Source: an uncultured Actinomycetes bacterium (lineage in GTDB: Bacteria > Actinomycetota > Thermoleophilia > UBA2241). From it: a stretch of DNA of 64,000 bases. The notes under the pieces are model-generated. The model did not search any database. It was not told the origin of the DNA and saw only the letters and a list, made by a program, of their open reading frames with translations. Shown here piece by piece: positions 57,166 through 64,000 of this stretch. The DNA is taken from the NCBI GenBank assembly GCA_963725665.1, contig CAVRZA010000003.1:128001-192000 (forward strand), read 5' to 3'. How positions within the stretch are numbered: the first letter of the stretch is position 1; the number at the start of each line of letters is the position of its first letter. Position numbers and translations under genes: made by a program.

Positions 57166-57398
57166 GAGCTGTAGGGGAACGAGGCGAGGAGCTGCGGGCG
57201 CACGAGCACAGGAGAAGCCGCGGGGGGAGGAGGAAGACCGGAGCCTCGGGGACGCGATGAGGGAGACGTTCCGGCATCCGCACTCCGCGGTCACCCTCGA
57301 GGATGGTCCTTCAGGGAGGATGCGCCGCACCGGCGGCTAACCTAGACTCGGGTCGGCCGTCCGTCGCCGCCCTTGAGCGTCAATGAAAGGAGCTCGAA

Positions 57399-58286
57399 GT
57401 GCCCATCGGCGGCGCCACGCGGCTTGTCGGCATCATCGGTGATCCCGTCACGCGCTCGCTCTCGCCGGAGATGCACAACGCGGCCTTCGCCGCGCTGGGG
57501 CTCGACTTCGCCTATGTGCCTCTGCCTGTGCCGCCCGACCGCGTCGGTGAGGCCGTCGCCGGTCTGCGCGCGCTCGGCTTTCGCGGCGCCAACGTCACGA
57601 TGCCGCACAAGGCCGCCGTCGTGCCCTTCCTCGACGAGGTGTCGGGCGACGCGCGCCTGATCGACGCCGTCAACACCATCGTCGTCGACGAGGGGCACTT
57701 GGCCGGGTATACGACCGACGGTGATGGTTTCTCGCGCGCGCTGCGCGAGGTCGAGCCGGGCGGCGCCGGCGGCTGGCCGGTGTTGCTTCTGGGCGCCGGC
57801 GGCGCCGCCCGCGCCGTCGCCCTCGCGCTGGCGCGCGAGCGCGTCGGGTCGCTGACCATCGCCGATCGCACACCGGCGGCGGCCGAGCGGCTGGTCGAAC
57901 GGCTGCACTCTCACCTCCACGATGTGGCGCTGCGCGTCGTGCCGCTCGCTCAGCTCGCGGCCGCCGACGTCGACTCCGCGGCTCTCATCGTCAACGCGAC
58001 GCCGCTCGACATGGCCGAGAGCCTCAAGCTCCCCTCGGTCGTGGTCGATACCTTACGGCGTGGTCATGTCGTTTTCGACTTGGTCTACGGGAAACGGCCG
58101 ACGAACCTTCTCAACGAGGCCCGCGTGCGCGGGGCTCGGACGGTCGACGGTCTGTCCATGCTCGTGTGGCAGGCCGCAGGATCGTTTGAACTGTGGACGG
58201 GACGTCCGGCCCCACTGGATGTGATGCGCAGTGCCGCGAGGGCGCGACGAGGGACAGCACAAGAGGAGTCGCCGCAAGGCCGATGA
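57399..58286 (+). CDS. aroE: Shikimate dehydrogenase
   Basis: G.P...SLSP.MHN, G.NVTMPHK, AVNT, GAGGAAR, NATP, DLVY, GL.ML..QA. Confidence 0.95.
   Translation: MPIGGATRLVGIIGDPVTRSLSPEMHNAAFAALGLDFAYVPLPVPPDRVGEAVAGLRALGFRGANVTMPHKAAVVPFLDEVSGDARLIDAVNTIVVDEGHLAGYTTDGDGFSRALREVEPGGAGGWPVLLLGAGGAARAVALALARERVGSLTIADRTPAAAERLVERLHSHLHDVALRVVPLAQLAAADVDSAALIVNATPLDMAESLKLPSVVVDTLRRGHVVFDLVYGKRPTNLLNEARVRGARTVDGLSMLVWQAAGSFELWTGRPAPLDVMRSAARARRGTAQEESPQGR
58024..58051 (+). promoter_or_regulatory. Possible sigma28/WhiG-like promoter for pilB inside aroE
   Basis: TCAAG-N15-GTCGATAC; lies in coding sequence, so it could be chance. Confidence 0.35.
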
Positions 58287-60564
58287 CACGCGCGTCGACG
58301 AGACTCTGGGGTTCCTCGACGACGTCTCCGAAGTCCAGGTCAGGCCGCTCGACGACGACGCCGACGTTCAGGTCGAGCCGCTCGACGACGACGCCGACGT
58401 TCAGGTCAAGCCGCTCGACGTCGACGCCGACGTCCAGATCAGGCCGCTCGACGACGACGGCCTCGACGACGTCGCCCTCGACGAAGCGGACGATGCCGAG
58501 GTCGGCCTCGACGACCTCGGCGTAGGCCTCCTCGCCGACGCCGACACCCTGCGCCGCCTGTCGCTCGACGACTACGCGTCCGTCGAGATCGCTGTCCAGC
58601 CTGAGAGCGACGCCGTCGTCGAGCCCTCGACGGACGGCGGGGTCGCCATCGACGTCGACGATGTTCTCGGCGAGACGATCGGTCCTGCCGGCGACGACGA
58701 CGGCTTCACTGGCGACCAAGCCGCCGCCGGCGGCCGGCAAGGCGCCGGCGGGCCTGAGCTCGAAACGGCTCCCGGCAACGGCAAGGCTGACGAGGAGATC
58801 GAGCACCTGCTCGACAACCTCGCGCCGGCGCGAGCCGAGCGGCGCTTCGCCCACGCTGCCGACGCCGCCGCGCTGCGCCCCATCCAGGCGAGCAAGAAAC
58901 GGCTGGGCGAGATCACCATCGACATGGGCCTCGCGACGGCGCAGCAGATCGACGAGGCGATCGGGCGCCAAAAAGACACGCGCAAACGGCTCGGTCAGCT
59001 CCTTCTCGAGGCCGGCGTCATCAACGAGCTCGAGCTGACCAAGGCGCTGGCCGTCAAGCTCGGGGTCGAGTACATCGACCTCTCCGAGACGACGGTCGAC
59101 ATGGCCGCCGCCAACCTCATCCCCGACAAGCTGTGTCGCAAGTACTCCGCCATCCCCGTGCGGTTCATCGACGACAGCGTGCTCGAGGTGGCGATGGTCG
59201 ACCCGGCCAACATCTTCGCGCTCGACGACCTCAAGATCATGACCGGCTTCGACATCAGGCCGGCGATCGCCAGCACCGAGGACGTGTTTGCGGCCATCGC
59301 CAAGCTCAACCGTCTCGACGGCACCGTCACCGAGAGCGACGAAGAGAGACTGGTGGGGCTCGACGACGAGCTCGCCGACATCCGCGAGGCGACCGAAGAG
59401 GCGCCCATCATCAAGCTGGTCAACTCGGTGATCGCGCAGGCGGTCGACGACAGCGCCAGCGACATCCACTTCGAGCCGCAGGCGAAGGAGCTCATCGTGC
59501 GCTTCCGCATGGACGGCGTGCTGCACGAGATCATGTCGATCCCGCGGCGCATGCAGTCGGGCGTCCTCTCCCGTCTGAAGATCATGGCCGAGCTCGACAT
59601 CGCCGAACGTCGCGTGCCGCAGGACGGACGCATCGGACTCGTCGTGGGGGGCAAGCCGATCGACATGCGCGTCGCCACGCTGCCCACCGTCTACGGTGAG
59701 AAGGTCGTTATGCGGCTCCTCGACAAGTCGAACGTGATGCTCGACCTCAAGGACCTGGGGTTCGCCGAGAAGGCGCTCAAGCGCTACCATCGCTCGTTCA
59801 CCAAGCCGTACGGCGCCATCCTGGTCACCGGTCCGACCGGCTCGGGCAAGTCGACGACCCTGTACGCGACGCTCAACATCCTCAACTGTCCCGAGAAGAA
59901 CGTGATCACGGTCGAGGACCCGGTGGAGTACCGGTTGGCCGGCATCAACCAGGTGCAGGTGAACCTGAAGGCCGGCATGACCTTCGCGGCGGCGTTGCGC
60001 TCGATCCTGCGTTGCGACCCTGACATCGTGATGATCGGCGAGATACGCGACCGCGAGACGGCGCTGATCGCCGTCGAGTCGGCGCTCACCGGCCACCTCG
60101 TCCTGAGTACCCTGCACACAAACGACGCGCCAGGCGCACTCTCACGCCTCACCGAGATGGGCATCGAACCGTTCCTTACCTCGTCGGCCGTGGACTGCGT
60201 CCTTGCCCAGCGCCTGGCGCGTCGCTTGTGCTGGCAGTGCAGGGAGCCCTACGAACCGACGCGGGAGATGCTCAAGAAGAACGATTTCCCGCCCGAGGTG
60301 GTCGACAGGGACGAGCTGCCGACGCTCTACCGCGCCAAGGGCTGCGCCCGCTGCAACAACTCCGGGTACAAGGGGCGTCTCGGTCTCTACGAGGTGATGA
60401 TCGTCAGCGAGGCGATACGAAGGCTAACGGTCGAGCGCAAGAGTGCCGATGAAATAGGACGTGTCGCCGCGGCGGAGGGCATGAAGAGCCTTCGCGAAGA
60501 CGGCATCGACAAAGTGCTGCAGGGGCTGACTTCGATCGAAGAGATCGCCCGAGTGATCGTGTAG
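58276..60564 (+). CDS. pilB: Type IV pilus assembly ATPase PilB with MshEN domain and acidic N-terminal extension (start uncertain)
   Basis: Two RLG motifs, SDIHFEP, GPTGSGKST, EDPVE, GEIRD, Zn Cys pairs; SD GAGGAG points to codon 58276 (AAG); ORF track uses GTG 58231. Confidence 0.93.
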   Translation, partial: KADDTRVDETLGFLDDVSEVQVRPLDDDADVQVEPLDDDADVQVKPLDVDADVQIRPLDDDGLDDVALDEADDAEVGLDDLGVGLLADADTLRRLSLDDYASVEIAVQPESDAVVEPSTDGGVAIDVDDVLGETIGPAGDDDGFTGDQAAAGGRQGAGGPELETAPGNGKADEEIEHLLDNLAPARAERRFAHAADAAALRPIQASKKRLGEITIDMGLATAQQIDEAIGRQKDTRKRLGQLLLEAGVINELELTKALAVKLGVEYIDLSETTVDMAAANLIPDKLCRKYSAIPVRFIDDSVLEVAMVDPANIFALDDLKIMTGFDIRPAIASTEDVFAAIAKLNRLDGTVTESDEERLVGLDDELADIREATEEAPIIKLVNSVIAQAVDDSASDIHFEPQAKELIVRFRMDGVLHEIMSIPRRMQSGVLSRLKIMAELDIAERRVPQDGRIGLVVGGKPIDMRVATLPTVYGEKVVMRLLDKSNVMLDLKDLGFAEKALKRYHRSFTKPYGAILVTGPTGSGKSTTLYATLNILNCPEKNVITVEDPVEYRLAGINQVQVNLKAGMTFAAALRSILRCDPDIVMIGEIRDRETALIAVESALTGHLVLSTLHTNDAPGALSRLTEMGIEPFLTSSAVDCVLAQRLARRLCWQCREPYEPTREMLKKNDFPPEVVDRDELPTLYRAKGCARCNNSGYKGRLGLYEVMIVSEAIRRLTVERKSADEIGRVAAAEGMKSLREDGIDKVLQGLTSIEEIARVIV
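58318..58449 (+). repeat. Four 33-bp coding tandem repeats (DDDADVQVxPL)
   Basis: Units start at 58318, 58351, 58384, 58417. Confidence 0.9.
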
Positions 60565-60585
60565 CGGAGCCTGGCGGAGGACGAT

Positions 60586-61653
60586 ATGGACCTGGTCGAC
60601 ATCCTGTTGGAAGTGCTCGAACGAGACGCGAGCGACTTGCATCTCACGGTCGGTTCGCCGCCGATCATTCGCATCAACGCGCAGCTCGAGCGGCTCGACT
60701 ACCCTCGTCTCAGCTCCAACGATACCCGCGAACTGATCTACAGCATCCTCTCGCAGGACCAGCGGCAACGGCTCGAGAACGAGTGGGAGATCGACTTCTC
60801 CTACTCGGTGCCCAGCAGGGCACGCTTCAGAGTCAACGCCTACTTCCAGCGCAACAGCCTGGGAGCCGCCTTCCGTCTCATCCCGATCTCGATCAAGAAG
60901 CTGGAAGAGCTCGGTCTGCCCAAGGCGCTCCACCAGCTCACCTCCAAACCGCGCGGGTTCGTCATCGTCACCGGTCCCACCGGCTCGGGCAAGTCGACCA
61001 CACTGGCGGCGATGATCGATGAGATCAACGAGACGCGCGAAGAGCACATCATGACGATCGAAGACCCCATCGAGTTCCTCCACCGCCACAAGAAGTGCAT
61101 GGTCAACCAACGTGAGGTGGGCGCCGACACGAAGTCGTTCAACCGCGCCCTCAAGTCGGTGCTGCGCCAGGACCCCGACATCATCCTCGTGGGCGAGATG
61201 CGCGACACCGAGACGATGGCCACCGCGCTGACGGCGGCCGAGACGGGCCACCTCGTGTTCGCGACGCTGCACACCCAGGACGCGCCGCAGACCATAGACC
61301 GCATCATCGACGTGTTCCCGCCCTACCAGCAGGACCAGATCCGCGTGCAGCTCTCGACGACGCTCATGGGCGTCTGCACGCAGCAGCTCCTGCAAACGAG
61401 GGATGGGCGCAACCGCATCGTCGCCTGTGAGCTGCTGATCCCGACGCCGGCGGTGCGCAACCTCATCCGCGAGGGCAAGACGCACCAGATCTACTCGGTC
61501 ATGCAGACCGGCACCCAGCATGGGATGGTCACGATGGACGCGGCGCTGGCCGACCTCGTGCGCCGTGGGATGATCTCGCGCGAGCTCGCCGAGCGCCGCT
61601 CGAGCACGCCCGAAGACCTGCGTCGCCTCATGGGTACGGTCAGCGCGGTCTAG
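60586..61653 (+). CDS. pilT: Type IV pilus retraction ATPase PilT
   Basis: ASDLHL, GPTGSGKSTT, LRQDPD, TLHT, AVRNLIRE. Confidence 0.96.
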   Translation: MDLVDILLEVLERDASDLHLTVGSPPIIRINAQLERLDYPRLSSNDTRELIYSILSQDQRQRLENEWEIDFSYSVPSRARFRVNAYFQRNSLGAAFRLIPISIKKLEELGLPKALHQLTSKPRGFVIVTGPTGSGKSTTLAAMIDEINETREEHIMTIEDPIEFLHRHKKCMVNQREVGADTKSFNRALKSVLRQDPDIILVGEMRDTETMATALTAAETGHLVFATLHTQDAPQTIDRIIDVFPPYQQDQIRVQLSTTLMGVCTQQLLQTRDGRNRIVACELLIPTPAVRNLIREGKTHQIYSVMQTGTQHGMVTMDAALADLVRRGMISRELAERRSSTPEDLRRLMGTVSAV

Positions 61654-61678
61654 GTGTGACCGCGACGGCTGCGTCACG

Positions 61679-61705
61679 TAAAGGAATCCCCGGCCATGCC
61701 GACTA
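61679..61705 (+). promoter_or_regulatory. sigma28/WhiG-like promoter upstream of pilC
   Basis: TAAA-N15-GCCGACTA, intergenic, ~70 bp before ATG. Confidence 0.65.
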
Positions 61706-61774
61706 TAGTCGCGAGGATGCCCCGTTCGCGGTGGCACCGGGAGTTGTATCGACCCTCGACCCTGCGGAGGTCCC

Positions 61775-62992
<1,218 letters not shown>

Positions 62993-63061
62993 TGGCTTCA
63001 CGCGGCCGGGCCACCGAACGGGATCAGGGCGCGTCGCTTCGTCGGAGTCGCGGAGGTCCGG

Positions 63062-63797
63062 GTGACCAACGAGCAGCTCGTAGCCGAGTACGCGGCATCG
63101 CGCAGTCCCCGGGTGCTCGACGAGCTCGTGCGCCGCAACCAGCGCCTGCTGCACCACCTCCTCAAGCGATTCGCATACGCCCAGGAGCCGTACGAGGACC
63201 TGCTTCAGGTAGCCAACCTGGGGTTGCTCAAGGCGGTGCAGCGCTTCGACCCTGCCAAAGGAAGGACCTTCTCCACCTACGCGGCAGCGCTGATCGAGGG
63301 CGAGATCCGCCACCATCTGCGTGATTCGCTGCTGCTGCGCCAGCCGCGCTGGGTGCGTAAGGTCTACGGGCAGATCAGCGAGGCGCAGACCGAGCTCACG
63401 CGCACCCTGCAGCGCACGCCGACGCTCAGAGAGCTCTCGGAGAGGCTGAACATCACCGAGCAGGGCATCATCGAGGTGCTCCAGCTCTACGCGCGCGTGG
63501 GCGCGCCCGGCGAGCCTCTCTCTGGGGAGGAGTTCAGCGCCGGCGCCGAGCGCGCCGCTGTGCACTCGCTGAGACTGCAGTCCTTCACGCTCCCCGTCGA
63601 GGACCGCATCACGCTCTACGACGCCCTCGACAAGCTGAGCGCCGTCGAGCGCAAGATCATCTACCTGCTCTTCTTCCGCGAGTTCACGCAGCAGGAGGTG
63701 GCCGCCGCTCCTCGGCCTCACCCAGAAGAAGGTCTCGCGCGAGTCGATCAAGGCTCTCGCCAGACTGAGGACCGTGCTGACCCGCAAAGTCATCTAG
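63062..63797 (+). CDS. SigB/F/G-like sigma factor in the pilus cluster (one extra base ~63709)
   Basis: EDLLQVA.LGL.KA..RFD, GEIRHHLRD; region 4 continues in the +1 frame LGLTQKKVSR...VI* (TAG 63795-63797). Confidence 0.85.
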
Positions 63798-63967
63798 CTG
63801 AGCAAGCATCGTCACCTCGTCGTCCCGCGGGCCTTCTGGTCGGGGCGCACCCAGCGACCTATCCTGCGTGGGGAGACGTTTTCGGTTGGCGCTCTCTCGA
63901 CCACTCCCGTCCTGTGAGAAACCGAACCCTGGCGCGGTCGCTCTCGTTACTGGCGTATCGCCGATCC

Positions 63968-63995
63968 TAAAGTCCGGTAGGCGAGAAACCGATAC
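63968..63995 (+). promoter_or_regulatory. sigma28/WhiG-like promoter for the next gene, outside the window
   Basis: TAAA-N16-ACCGATAC, intergenic. Confidence 0.55.
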
Positions 63996-64000
63996 TAGGG

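Noticed and set aside
57257-57340. Small ORF or leader peptide upstream of aroE
   Set aside because: No aromatic-codon enrichment, weak SD and no attenuator structure

Overview
High-GC bacterial chromosome segment, with every supportable gene on the + strand. The gene set (whiA, rapZ, coaE-slt-uvrB order, gap-pgk-tpiA-gpmI-secG, SigB-type sigmas, Gram-positive SOS box) suggests a deep-branching actinobacterium such as Thermoleophilia/Rubrobacteria; this is inference. Order: probable rpsA tail, coaE and a lytic transglycosylase; then a ~11 kb decaying accessory block (MoaD, AOR-family tungsten oxidoreductase with Bfu/NuoF-type partners, MoeB, Liv-type ABC transporter, META lipoprotein). Next come uvrB-uvrA-uvrC-ogt-rapZ-whiA, the glycolysis cluster and secG, an Opp/Dpp ABC transporter, PrsA-like, UbiB-like, recJ, relA, hisS, aspS, a 6S RNA, Rrf2-iscS-iscU-mnmA, DUF948/anti-sigma/SigB, alaS, ruvX, mltG and aroE. 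The window ends in a type IV pilus cluster (pilB, pilT, pilC, extra sigma factor). Single-base frameshifts in core genes (pgk, tpiA, mltG, last sigma) look like sequencing errors. Best leads: (1) an A7 slippery run at the iscU/mnmA junction that could make MnmA synthesis depend on decoding of AAA codons; (2) four sigma28/WhiG-like promoters linking pilus genes with the 6S RNA locus; (3) a perfect 66-bp palindrome inside recJ; (4) a relic electron-bifurcating tungsten aldehyde oxidoreductase. Family assignments come from motif recognition by eye; no searches were run.
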